DNA of 64,000 nucleotides, taken from positions 29-64,028 of the forward strand of contig DKEX01000001.1 of NCBI GenBank assembly GCA_002452295.1, given 5' to 3'. This document shows positions 38,004 to 47,034 of this stretch, piece after piece. Made by a program: the position numbers and the translations under genes. Numbering within the stretch: position 1 is the stretch's first letter; each line of letters starts with the position of its first letter. Source of the stretch: Firmicutes bacterium UBA6811. GTDB lineage: Bacteria > Bacillota > SHA-98 > UBA4971. Below the pieces are notes generated by a model. That model was given only the letters and a program-made list of their open reading frames with translations. It had not been told where the DNA came from and ran no database searches.

Positions 38004-41000
38004 TTGGTTATCCGCGATCTCGTTGAAGTTCCATCGGTGCGCACCGTGGTGCGACTTGCCGACGTTCTCGACCCCGCGCTTCGCAAGGGGCTTGTGGAGA
38101 GTTTCGTCGTGACGGACGAGGTGGAGCATGCCCTGGGGACGGTGCTCGGAAGCCTTGCGTCCGGGGTGGGCAAGGGCTTCTTCGTGGAGGGCAACTTCGG
38201 GTCGGGGAAGTCTCATCTTCTTGCGATGCTGAGGATGCTCCTGGAGGACCCGGCCACGAGCGCCGGGTTCGCCTGCAACATAGGGGCGCTATCGGAGATA
38301 GCGTTCAGGCGGTACCTGGTGGTCAGCATCTCCCTCGTGGACCATGGCTCACGTGAGTACCTGGAGGACATCGTGATGGACGAGATCGAGCCGCTCCTCC
38401 GCGGAGGTCACGGCTCGGATGCGCTGGACGTGCGCGCCTCCGATGCGAAGGAGCTTGCCACGTTCCTTGCGGAGATCGGTGCCAGGCTGGAGGCACGTTA
38501 CCCTGTGGAACTTGCGGAGTTCGTCGCCGAGCGGGGCCTGGGTGCTTCCGACGAGCTCTTCAGGCCGGCGCGGGCCGCCGATGTAGAGGCCTTCTTGAGA
38601 CAGGTGGGCGCGCCCTACCGCCTGCGGGTGAGCCGAAGGGAAACGTTTGCCCGGCTGTCGTCGCGCCTCCGCGACCAGGGGCTTGACGGGATGGTCATCC
38701 TCATCGACGAGCTTTCCGAGTTCCTCAAGGTGAGGCCGGGCAGCAGGGCGTTCAACGAGGACATCAGGTTTCTGCAGTTCCTGGCGGAACGCGGGTCCGA
38801 AATCCCCTGCTGGGTGGTGGCGACCCTGCAGGAGAGGCTCGAGGCCACGGGCGACGTCCCGCCGGAGGCGTTCGGGAAAACCAAGGATCGGTACCCTGTC
38901 AGGCTACGTCTTACAGGTACCCACATCAAGGAGATCATCGAGAAGCGCCTGGTGAGAAAGAAAGAGGGCGCCGACTACCACATACGGCAGATCTACGCCG
39001 ATCTTCGCGAGGCGTTTGGCGACGTGGGCTTCGGCCCCGACGAGTTCGTCGGCATGTACCCGGTCCACCCGGCCGCGGTGAACCTCCTTGACGAACTCAA
39101 GCCGCTGTTCTCCCAGCACCGCGGGGTCATAGACTTCATCCACTCGCAGCTTGCAGGCGACCCGGACCGCAGGATACCGGGGATGATCGACATGCCCTCT
39201 GACACCCTCCTCGGAGCGGACCGGATATTCGATCACTTCCGGGACCGCATCAGGGAGGTGCCGGAGCTCTCCGGCTATAGTGAGAAAGTTTACAGATATT
39301 ATGAGGCCGAGCTTCCGTCCCTCGTTCCCGACAAGGGCGAGCGCAGGCTCGCCGAGAAGCTCGTCAAGATCTTGATCCTTCAGGCGATATCGCCGCTCAG
39401 CAGAAAGGTCACCGTGAGCGACCTTGCCAGGCTTGCTCTGGAGCGGGTCACGACCCTTGAATCCAGTGTGAACTACGGCCTTGTCGCCGATGTGCTTGCG
39501 CGCCTCCACAGGAGCGGGTCGTACATCGCCTGCGAAGCTGCGAAGGATCCCCTCGAGACGCGCTATTATGTGGACCTCGCGGCCGACGCCGGAGTTGAGG
39601 TGCAGAGAAAGGCGGCATATATCAAGTCGGGGCTCTTTCCCGGCGACTCGCGTCTTCTTACGATGCTCGCGCCTGACGTGGACCCCGCACACCTCCCGCT
39701 CGAGACTCTCATCGCCGGGCCAAAGTGCGAGTCCACGCGCCACGTCGCGTGGCAGAGAACGAGCCGGGAGGCCCTCGTGGCGGTCCTGCGGTTCGACGAG
39801 ATCTCGCCTGACAGGCTCGCCGGGTGGGCGGACAGGCTTCTCACCGCCGAAACCGACTTCGTGCTCGTGATCGGGTGGCCACAGGAGACCTCCGAGCAGA
39901 TCCGGCACCTCGAGAGCGTGATTGTCCCCGAGCTTGCCAGGCTCGGCGTTGCGGATGCATTCGTCTTCTGGGCCCCGGAGGGGCTCGACGCGCCCGGACG
40001 CGAGCGCGACCTGGACGCGCTCCTCGAGGTCCTGGCGAGGCGTCTGCTGTGTGAGGAGATCTCACGGGAAGGCACGTCCTCGGCAGCGGCCGTGAGAAGC
40101 TATCTCGAGGCCCTGTTGGAGCAGGACAGGCTTCGGGTGCGAGAGCTGTACCGCGAGCTGTACAGCCGTGGCTCACTCATCAGCGGGCGCGGCGACACGG
40201 TGCTTGATCTCAGCGAGGGTGGTGCAGGGAGCTTCGAGCAGGCCCTCGACAGGGCGGGCGCTGCTGCGCTGACGCGGAGGTTTCCGGCACACATGGAGGT
40301 GGCTCCACGATCGGAGGCGCTGACTCCCGGCGTCCTTCAGCGGTGCATAACGGACTTCCTCGGCCCGGGCGCCGGCATCGAACCTGTGAAGATAGCTGAC
40401 CATGCCGTTGCCTCAGCCGTGGAGGGGTTCTTCTGCCCGATGGGCCTGGCGAGGAGGACGGCACGGGGGTATTCCGTCACCGTCGACGCCGGCTCGAACC
40501 CTCTCGTGGCGGCCGCGCTCGCCAGCGTCAGGGAGGAGAAGGCTTCGTTCCGTGACGTGTACCTCGGCTTGCGTAAGGGCCCTTACGGCCTTGCCCGCGA
40601 CTCCTTCCAGGTGCTCCTGACGACCCTCGTGTGCACCGGGCTCGTCTCGGCATACATGGGTGGCAGAAAGATGGCCCCAGGCGCGCTGAAATCGTTCAAC
40701 TTCTGGAAGGTTGACGCCTTCGGGAGGGGCGAAGCGCTCGCCCCGGAGCTTCAGGACGCCGTGTCCGAGGTGGGGATGATACCCTCGCGGCTGCGAAAGG
40801 GGTCGGCCACCATAGCCCGCCAGCAGGAGATATGGGACTTTCTCGGCCAGTGGAAGAGGGAGGCGGAGGCCCTTGCGACCACGACGAAGTCGCGCCTCGC
40901 TGAGCTTCGGGACTATCAGGCCCTCGGGTTCCTCGACTTCGACGGCGCGCTCCGCGAGGCAGACGAGGTTGCGCGCGTTGCGGCCGAGGTAAAGACGTCG

Positions 41001-42062
41001 TACTCTTCGCAGGAAGGGATCGAGCGTTTCCTCCACGCTTACAGGACTTCCCCCTATTTCGAGAGGTACTACGGGCGTGTCGTGAGACTCGGGCAGTTCC
41101 TCGGCGCTGATCTCGACAGGTTCCTGGCCATTTTCGGGTACCTGACGTCGAGCCACCTCGTGATCCCACGTGACATGCGCTTCTCCGAACTCGAGCAGCG
41201 ACGCCGGGAGCTCATCTCGCTTGCGTCTGACGAGGAGTGCATATTCGACGCTGGGCGCTGGCAGCGTCTCGTGGACGGGTTCGAGGAGTTCCAGGAGAAC
41301 TACATCCGTGTGTACCTCGAGGAACACTCGAGGATGCTGGGGCAGGCCAGGTTCGCCGGGTACGACCGGCTGGAGAGCTCGAGGGCCTTCGGCCTCCTGC
41401 GGCAGCTTTCGAAGGTCCAGTTCATCGCGGTGAAGGACGACATGGTGAGGGTCGAGCGCGCACTCGCCGCCGTGAGGGCCAGGCGGTGCGATGGGCCTGC
41501 CGAGAGGATGCTGAAGGTGAGCCCCGTATGCGGGTGCGGTTTCCACCTGGGCGACGAGGTTTCTCTTACCCCGGTTGACAGGATCGCGGAGATGGTCGAG
41601 TCGGGCGTGAGGGAGTATCTTGCAGGCCTGCGTTCGGCGGAACACATGGAGAAAATCAGGGGGCACGTTGCCGGCCTGGAGGCAGTAGGAAAGCGGCATA
41701 TCGCCGAGCCGGTAAGATGCCTGCTTGCCATGGATCCCGCGGCGCCTGGGCTTGTGGAGGAGATGGCCGACATCGTGACCCCCTCGGCGATGGAGGCGGT
41801 TTCGCAGGCCCTTTCCGGCCGGGTACTCATGGTGGACCGCGATGTCGACGAGCTGTACGAGCGCATCGTAGGCCGCACTTTCCCGCTGGAGAAGGTCATG
41901 GAGGTCTTTCGCGAGTGGCTGGAGGGCCCGAGCGAGGTGGCTCCGGGGACCTACGTCAGGATCACCGAAGGGCGGCGGCTTCCCGCCTGCGACGGATTTT
42001 CCGAAGGGGCTGGCAACGCATCTTCCGAAGGTGGTGATGCTCCCGTTACGGGAGCGGGGTAG
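38004..42062 (+). CDS. Large BrxC/PglY-like P-loop NTPase (1352 aa).
   Basis: N-terminus resembles the BrxC N-terminus. Walker A GNFGSGKSHLLAMLRMLLED (compare BrxC GFFGSGKSHFLKxLSYLLEN), preceded by FVVTDEVEHAL. Walker B MVILIDELSEF. A long alpha-helical C-terminal region follows. TTG start at 38004 follows GGAGGAGG. Confidence 0.55.
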   Translation: MVIRDLVEVPSVRTVVRLADVLDPALRKGLVESFVVTDEVEHALGTVLGSLASGVGKGFFVEGNFGSGKSHLLAMLRMLLEDPATSAGFACNIGALSEIAFRRYLVVSISLVDHGSREYLEDIVMDEIEPLLRGGHGSDALDVRASDAKELATFLAEIGARLEARYPVELAEFVAERGLGASDELFRPARAADVEAFLRQVGAPYRLRVSRRETFARLSSRLRDQGLDGMVILIDELSEFLKVRPGSRAFNEDIRFLQFLAERGSEIPCWVVATLQERLEATGDVPPEAFGKTKDRYPVRLRLTGTHIKEIIEKRLVRKKEGADYHIRQIYADLREAFGDVGFGPDEFVGMYPVHPAAVNLLDELKPLFSQHRGVIDFIHSQLAGDPDRRIPGMIDMPSDTLLGADRIFDHFRDRIREVPELSGYSEKVYRYYEAELPSLVPDKGERRLAEKLVKILILQAISPLSRKVTVSDLARLALERVTTLESSVNYGLVADVLARLHRSGSYIACEAAKDPLETRYYVDLAADAGVEVQRKAAYIKSGLFPGDSRLLTMLAPDVDPAHLPLETLIAGPKCESTRHVAWQRTSREALVAVLRFDEISPDRLAGWADRLLTAETDFVLVIGWPQETSEQIRHLESVIVPELARLGVADAFVFWAPEGLDAPGRERDLDALLEVLARRLLCEEISREGTSSAAAVRSYLEALLEQDRLRVRELYRELYSRGSLISGRGDTVLDLSEGGAGSFEQALDRAGAAALTRRFPAHMEVAPRSEALTPGVLQRCITDFLGPGAGIEPVKIADHAVASAVEGFFCPMGLARRTARGYSVTVDAGSNPLVAAALASVREEKASFRDVYLGLRKGPYGLARDSFQVLLTTLVCTGLVSAYMGGRKMAPGALKSFNFWKVDAFGRGEALAPELQDAVSEVGMIPSRLRKGSATIARQQEIWDFLGQWKREAEALATTTKSRLAELRDYQALGFLDFDGALREADEVARVAAEVKTSYSSQEGIERFLHAYRTSPYFERYYGRVVRLGQFLGADLDRFLAIFGYLTSSHLVIPRDMRFSELEQRRRELISLASDEECIFDAGRWQRLVDGFEEFQENYIRVYLEEHSRMLGQARFAGYDRLESSRAFGLLRQLSKVQFIAVKDDMVRVERALAAVRARRCDGPAERMLKVSPVCGCGFHLGDEVSLTPVDRIAEMVESGVREYLAGLRSAEHMEKIRGHVAGLEAVGKRHIAEPVRCLLAMDPAAPGLVEEMADIVTPSAMEAVSQALSGRVLMVDRDVDELYERIVGRTFPLEKVMEVFREWLEGPSEVAPGTYVRITEGRRLPACDGFSEGAGNASSEGGDAPVTGAG

Positions 42063-42112
42063 GGGAGGCGAATCGTCCCTTCCTCCCGGAGCAGACTTCC
42101 TCGGGTGAGGCG

Positions 42113-43522
42113 GTGGACGGAGGGCCTACGGCACGGGAACATCGGCCGGGAGGCCCGCAGGAAACCCCGGTCCCGTCGGGCGATGCCCCGGCGCACGACG
42201 GCGGCGGATGGCGCAGGCTCATCATGCCCGGGGGCTCAGAAGACGATCTCTTGGGGGCAACAAAGGCGTTTTTCGCCCACCTGGACTCCGGCCAGGCCGA
42301 GGCCGGCGGGCTCGACGACGCCGCCCGCGAGCTCGGCCTGGCGTATGCCCATCGCACAGGTCACAGCCCCGCGGACGCCAGCGTTCAGCTGATCCGGCCG
42401 GAGGCGGGAACCTGCGACGCCCGGGAGGGCCTGAGAACCTCCTGCATGGCGGCGTGTCTTGTCGCGGCGCGGCTGGCCTCGACCACGGGCGTGCTCCGGG
42501 GCCGCGTGGCCCGGGCGGCGGGGTGGCGTAACTTCGAGGAGCTGTACGTCGGCATGGTGGCCGGCGCGCGGGCCGATGCCGGGGCGCTGTGGAGCATGGC
42601 GTCACAGCTCGGTCTCGCGGCGTTTGTGCCGAAGCACCTGAGGCCGGCGCAGTTGGACTTTGCGCTCTCTGAGGCGGACAGTGCGTTTGGCCGGTTCTAC
42701 ACGCAGCTTTACACCGGCGAGATCGGCGAAAGGGCGCCTGCGCGCGGTTCGGCGGGGATCTCCGGGCTTGACCGTGACCGTGACGGTGACCGTGACCGGG
42801 AGGGGGACGTGCCGGCGAACCTTGCGTCCGTGCTCGCAGGGTTCACACGCGGAGCGACTCGGTCGCTTCCGATCCGGCCCGAACACCTTTACTTCGTGCT
42901 CATGGACGGCATGCGCCTCGACGCGTGGTGGCGCGTGCAGGAAGAGGTGCTCTCTGCGTGCGATCGGGAGATCGCGGAGATCGCGGGCGGCATGACGTGG
43001 GCCGAACCGCCGACCGTGACGGACCCACAGGTACAGGCGCTGCGACAGGCTGGGTTTGCAGGTCCCATCATCGACCTCGACGATCCGGAGGGTTTTTTCG
43101 AGGGCGGCGCGACCACGTGCGACTGCGACAACATGGGGCGCGCCCGCGCATACTGCCGATTCGTCCGGTTCGGGTTCATCGACAGGAAGATCCACGCGAC
43201 GAGCGACCCTCACCATGTGGTCCTCGACGAGGTGGCGCTTGGGGTGCAAAGGTGGCTCATTCCCTGGCTTGCGGCCATGCCTGCCCGGAGCCTCGTGGTG
43301 ATCGTCTCTGACCACGGCTACCGCGAGAACTCGAGCCCTGCCCGGGACAACGGCGCTCAGGTCGAGCACAGGCTCGCTGGCGGCCTCGGTGGCCCCTCGA
43401 GACCCCGGTACGCTCACGGAGGGAACTCCATGGCGGAGGTCATCGTCCCCTGGTCGGCGCTGCTGTTCCGGGACGCCCCCCGGGCCTGGCTTCGAGGTTC
43501 TCCTCAACTGCCGCCACGATAG
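42113..43522 (+). CDS. PglZ-domain protein (alkaline-phosphatase superfamily), short form (469 aa).
   Basis: [14 protein letters not shown] and [11 protein letters not shown]...[14 protein letters not shown] match PglZ core motifs (metal-binding D and H). N-terminal start is uncertain. The C-terminal approx. 25 aa run antisense into the leuB remnant and are probably not native. Confidence 0.6.
   Translation: MDGGPTAREHRPGGPQETPVPSGDAPAHDGGGWRRLIMPGGSEDDLLGATKAFFAHLDSGQAEAGGLDDAARELGLAYAHRTGHSPADASVQLIRPEAGTCDAREGLRTSCMAACLVAARLASTTGVLRGRVARAAGWRNFEELYVGMVAGARADAGALWSMASQLGLAAFVPKHLRPAQLDFALSEADSAFGRFYTQLYTGEIGERAPARGSAGISGLDRDRDGDRDREGDVPANLASVLAGFTRGATRSLPIRPEHLYFVLMDGMRLDAWWRVQEEVLSACDREIAEIAGGMTWAEPPTVTDPQVQALRQAGFAGPIIDLDDPEGFFEGGATTCDCDNMGRARAYCRFVRFGFIDRKIHATSDPHHVVLDEVALGVQRWLIPWLAAMPARSLVVIVSDHGYRENSSPARDNGAQVEHRLAGGLGGPSRPRYAHGGNSMAEVIVPWSALLFRDAPRAWLRGSPQLPPR
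42770..42799 (+). repeat. Tandem hexanucleotide repeat (GACCGT)x5, imperfect. Encodes [10 protein letters not shown] inside the PglZ-domain gene.
   Basis: gaccgtgaccgtgacggtgaccgtgaccgg read directly from the sequence. Confidence 0.7.
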
Positions 43523-43900
43523 CATCGGCCAGCTCGCGCGTGGTCGCGCTTCCGCCAAGGTCGGGGGTCAGCGCGCGGCCTTCGCGCAGGACCTTCGTGA
43601 CCGCGTTCTCGACGGCTGCGGCGCGCCGGGCCTCCCCGAGGTGCCTCATCAGCATCATGGCGGCAGACAGGATGGCGGCGGCGGGGTTTGCGACTCCCTG
43701 GCCGGCGATCTCCGGTGCGCTGCCGTGCACCGGCTCGAAGACCGCGGCCTCGTCTCCGATGTTAGCCCCGGGCGCAAGGCCGAGGCCGCCCACGAGGCCT
43801 GATGCGAGGTCTGATATGATGTCCCCATACAGACTTCGCTGCGAGGATCACCTCCGGACCGATGCCATCCCCGCGAATCAGCGTTACCCTGTGCGACATG
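43440..43900 (-). pseudogene. leuB: 3-isopropylmalate/isocitrate dehydrogenase remnant. The N-terminal approx. 24 aa are joined out of frame to the C-terminal approx. 120 aa.
   Basis: Minus-strand ATG at 43900 with RBS GGAGGTGAAAACC gives [18 protein letters not shown]. After about 24 codons the homology continues in another frame as [24 protein letters not shown]...[19 protein letters not shown]. About 200 internal codons are missing. Confidence 0.6.
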
Positions 43901-43908
43901 GCCGGTTT

Positions 43909-44230
43909 TCACCTCCGCATCATGGAGACTGTCGATGGTGAAGGGCACTGCCAGCCGGGAGCAGCGCGACCGTAGCGGAGCGAGGCGTGTATCGCGGGAA
44001 CTGCAACCGCTGGACGGATGGCCACGCGCAGAGGACCGGGCTCGATGATCCCTGCCTTGGCGCCCATCTCCACCGCCATGTTGCACAGGGTGAACCTGGC
44101 GTCAACTCCAAGGTGCTCCACGGCCTCGCCGCAGAACTCGCACGACACAGACGATGCCCCCGGCGCGGGCGCCGGTGCCCGAGTGGCTTGACAGGATCTT
44201 CTCGGCGATGGTCCTTCCCAAGGCGACTAT
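43909..44230 (-). pseudogene. leuC: 3-isopropylmalate dehydratase large-subunit remnant (fragments only).
   Basis: [14 protein letters not shown] (LeuC N-terminus) and, frameshifted, [23 protein letters not shown] (mid-LeuC aconitase motif). Residues about 35-200 and the C-terminal half are absent, and there is no leuD. Confidence 0.5.
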
Positions 44231-44257
44231 GCTTCCCGGATGGTCTGGCCGCTCGCG

Positions 44258-45406
44258 CTACTTGTGGGCGGCCCCGTCCCGCATGGCGTCCTCGTATATG
44301 TATACAAGCTCCTTGTCAAAGAGGGGGCGCTTGAGGTTCACCGCTATGGCTCGCACCGCGGGCAGCATGGCCGCAGCTTCCTGGTCAGTGAGGTTGATGC
44401 CGTACTCCAGGAACTTCGACTTCAGGGAATGCTTGCCGGAGTGCTTCCCGACGACTATCTGCCTCTGGAGCCCGACCTCCTCCGGCGGGAAGACCTCGTA
44501 GGTTCTGGGGTTCTTGAGGACCCCGTCTGCGTGGATGCCCGACTCGTGGGCGAACGTGTTGGCGCCGACTATGGGCTTTGAGAGCGGGATCTCCCTGCCG
44601 GAGGCCCTCGCCACATACTCGGACAGCTCACGGAACCTCGTCGTCTTGATCCCGAGGTCGATGCCGTAGATGTGCTTGAGGGCCATCACGACCTCCTCCA
44701 GGGCGGCGTTGCCTGCGCGCTCGCCAAGGCCGTTCACCGTGACTCCGACGTACCTGGCGCCGGCCTGCACGCCCGCCAGGGCGTTGGCGGTTGCCATTCC
44801 AAAGTCGTTGTGAGTGTGGGTCTCGATGTCGAGCCCGGTCTCCTCGTGGAGGGCCTTGACGCGGTCGTGCGTGGTGAGGGGGTCGAGCAGGCCCACGGTG
44901 TCACAGTAGCGCAGCCTGCACGCGCCCGCGCCCTTCGCGGCCATGGCAAACTCCAGGAGGAAGGCGGGGTCGGCGCGGGTCGCGTCCTCAGCGTTGACTG
45001 ATATGTACAGCCCGTGCTGTGCTGCGTGGACCACCGCCTGTGTCATGGCCTCGAGGACCTGCTGCCGTGTCATCTGGAGTTTGTGGAAAATGTGTATGTC
45101 GGATACCGAGATCGATATGGCGACGGCGTCAACTCCGCACTCGATGGAGGCGTCTATGTCGGAAAGAACAGCCCTGTTCCACGCCATTACGCTCGCCTTC
45201 AGGCCCGCCTGCGCTATGGCCTTCACCGCCTCCTGCTCGTCTCCGCCCATGGCGGGGATCCCGGCCTCGATCTGGTCCACGCCGATTTCGTCCAGCATCC
45301 TCGCAATCCGCAGCTTCTCCGTGCGAGCAAACACGACGCCTGCTGTTTGCTCTCCATCCCGCAACGTGGTGTCGACGATGAGTACCTTCCTGTCTCTGTC
45401 GTTCAT
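44258..45406 (-). CDS. 2-isopropylmalate synthase/homocitrate synthase family protein, short form (LeuA/NifV/CimA-like), apparently intact.
   Basis: HMGL-like TIM barrel [12 protein letters not shown] and [12 protein letters not shown]. 382 aa from MNDRDRKV. Confidence 0.75.
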   Translation of the reverse strand: MNDRDRKVLIVDTTLRDGEQTAGVVFARTEKLRIARMLDEIGVDQIEAGIPAMGGDEQEAVKAIAQAGLKASVMAWNRAVLSDIDASIECGVDAVAISISVSDIHIFHKLQMTRQQVLEAMTQAVVHAAQHGLYISVNAEDATRADPAFLLEFAMAAKGAGACRLRYCDTVGLLDPLTTHDRVKALHEETGLDIETHTHNDFGMATANALAGVQAGARYVGVTVNGLGERAGNAALEEVVMALKHIYGIDLGIKTTRFRELSEYVARASGREIPLSKPIVGANTFAHESGIHADGVLKNPRTYEVFPPEEVGLQRQIVVGKHSGKHSLKSKFLEYGINLTDQEAAAMLPAVRAIAVNLKRPLFDKELVYIYEDAMRDGAAHK

Positions 45407-45550
45407 GGCTTCTTCCCTCCTCTGGTTCTCTGGTGGCGACAATGCATATCTATGCACATCCACCGTCTGGCCGACTATTATGTAGGAACGCGTTACCAGC
45501 CGGGAGCCGACCGGGCGCGTGCATGTGCATGTATATGTATATGGTCCTAA

Positions 45551-45578
45551 ACTATACCCATTCGTCCCTTCCTGTCAA
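45551..45578 (-). promoter_or_regulatory. Minus-strand sigma-A promoter TTGACA-16-TATAGT for the leuA-like gene.
   Basis: Reverse complement of 45551-45578 reads TTGACAGGAAGGGACGAATGGGTATAGT. Confidence 0.45.
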
Positions 45579-45753
45579 GGGCAAATTTGCACCATTATAC
45601 CTTTTTCGGGTGGGCCCGGCGAGGAAATCAGGCGGGTTTCCGGCCGGGTGCGCCAGCGGCCCCAGCTCGGGCCCAAAAACGGCGGGGAGGAAAGCGGCTG
45701 GTTTGCAAGAAGTATTACTTACGCCGGTTGGTCCGCTGGCATGAATCGCTTCT

Positions 45754-47034
45754 GTGGGGGGACTTCGATTGGTTCTGGTCTCATGCAGCTATGTGCCGCT
45801 TGAGATCCCGCTTGCCCTCGGGATACCGGCGAAGAGAGCCATTTTCCACGAGCAGGCTCCTTCCTGCGAGGCGTATCTTCCACGTGATTTCTGCCCGTAT
45901 GCGAAGGCGTTCGCGCGGGAGCACGGGGAGGGCCACGTGATTGCCATAGCGGGATCCTGTGACGCCATGCGCCGCGCCTGCGACGCCCTGCGCTACTTCG
46001 GCCTTGCCCCAGAAGTCCACTTCATAGATGTGCCCAGGAGCTGCGACGGTGATGCCGAGGCATACTACGCTGGGGTCCTGAGGGACTTTGCTCTCGAGCT
46101 GGCGCGTACGGCCCGACGGGAACGGGGTGACTCGGCGGAGGCCCGGGTGGATGTGGACGGGCCTTCGTTCCGGCGGCGACTCGTTGCCGTGACGCAGTCC
46201 ATGAACTCGCTCCGGCGCGGGGTTTCGCGGGTGCTCGAACTTCAGGCCACGGGCCGGATATCGGCCATGGACGCAATGGGCATAGCGCTCGAGGTGAACG
46301 ATGCCCTTGGTGTCAGCCGGCAGGGCGACTGCGGCAGTCCTTCGGACGTGTCGGCTGACGCACGGGAGGCTGGAGGTGGCGAGAACGGAGGACTCGTGGC
46401 CGCTGCGGCGGTGTTGGAGAGCGCGATGCGTCTCGCTGGGCCAGCCGGGCCGCGCAGCGGAGGAAGCGACCGAAACCGTGGTAGCGCCGGCGTCGGCGGA
46501 AGGGTGCGCATCGGGGTAGCGGCGACGTGCCTCCTGGAGCCGGCGCTTCTCGGCGTTCTCGAGGATGCCGGGCTCATTGTGGCCTTCGTCGATTCATGCC
46601 TTGGGTCGCGGAGCTTTGACTTCGATGTCCCTGTGGATGAAGGACGGCGCGACGGCGAGGGGAACGGGCATGCAGTTGCAGACGCAGGCGCGGGCGCCGA
46701 TGGGAATTCCGGCGCAAGCTGCGACCCGTTTTACGAGCTGGCCCGTGCTTACCTCGGCAAGCCGGCGTGCCCCAGGATGTTCGTGGGAGACGAGCGAGCG
46801 CGGCGTATCGAATCCCTGGCGAGGTCATCCAGGGCGCAGGGGATTGTATACTTTGCGCCGAAGTTCTGCGACCAGGCGTACTACGATTTCGCGGAGCTGA
46901 AGAAGCAGGTGGGGGAAAGGAGCGGGTTGCCCATGCTTCTTGTGGAGGGCGAGTACGGGTCGGCGGAGTCCGGCCAGACCCTTACCCGTGTTGCGGCGTT
47001 TAGGGAGATGCTGGCAGGACGGTCGGGCCTGTGA
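45754..47034 (+). CDS. 2-hydroxyacyl-CoA dehydratase family subunit (HgdB/HadC/BcrC/BadD-like, HGD-D family).
   Basis: SCSYVPLEIPLALG N-terminus, Cys ligand pattern (CDAMRRAC...; YFAPKFCDQAYYDF). Confidence 0.65.
   Translation: MGGLRLVLVSCSYVPLEIPLALGIPAKRAIFHEQAPSCEAYLPRDFCPYAKAFAREHGEGHVIAIAGSCDAMRRACDALRYFGLAPEVHFIDVPRSCDGDAEAYYAGVLRDFALELARTARRERGDSAEARVDVDGPSFRRRLVAVTQSMNSLRRGVSRVLELQATGRISAMDAMGIALEVNDALGVSRQGDCGSPSDVSADAREAGGGENGGLVAAAAVLESAMRLAGPAGPRSGGSDRNRGSAGVGGRVRIGVAATCLLEPALLGVLEDAGLIVAFVDSCLGSRSFDFDVPVDEGRRDGEGNGHAVADAGAGADGNSGASCDPFYELARAYLGKPACPRMFVGDERARRIESLARSSRAQGIVYFAPKFCDQAYYDFAELKKQVGERSGLPMLLVEGEYGSAESGQTLTRVAAFREMLAGRSGL

Noticed and set aside
38904-41699. 334-aa and 428-aa minus-strand ORFs.
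   Set aside because: Antisense to the BrxC-like gene and low complexity.
42602-43558. 318-aa minus-strand ORF.
   Set aside because: Antisense to the PglZ-domain gene, with no homology.
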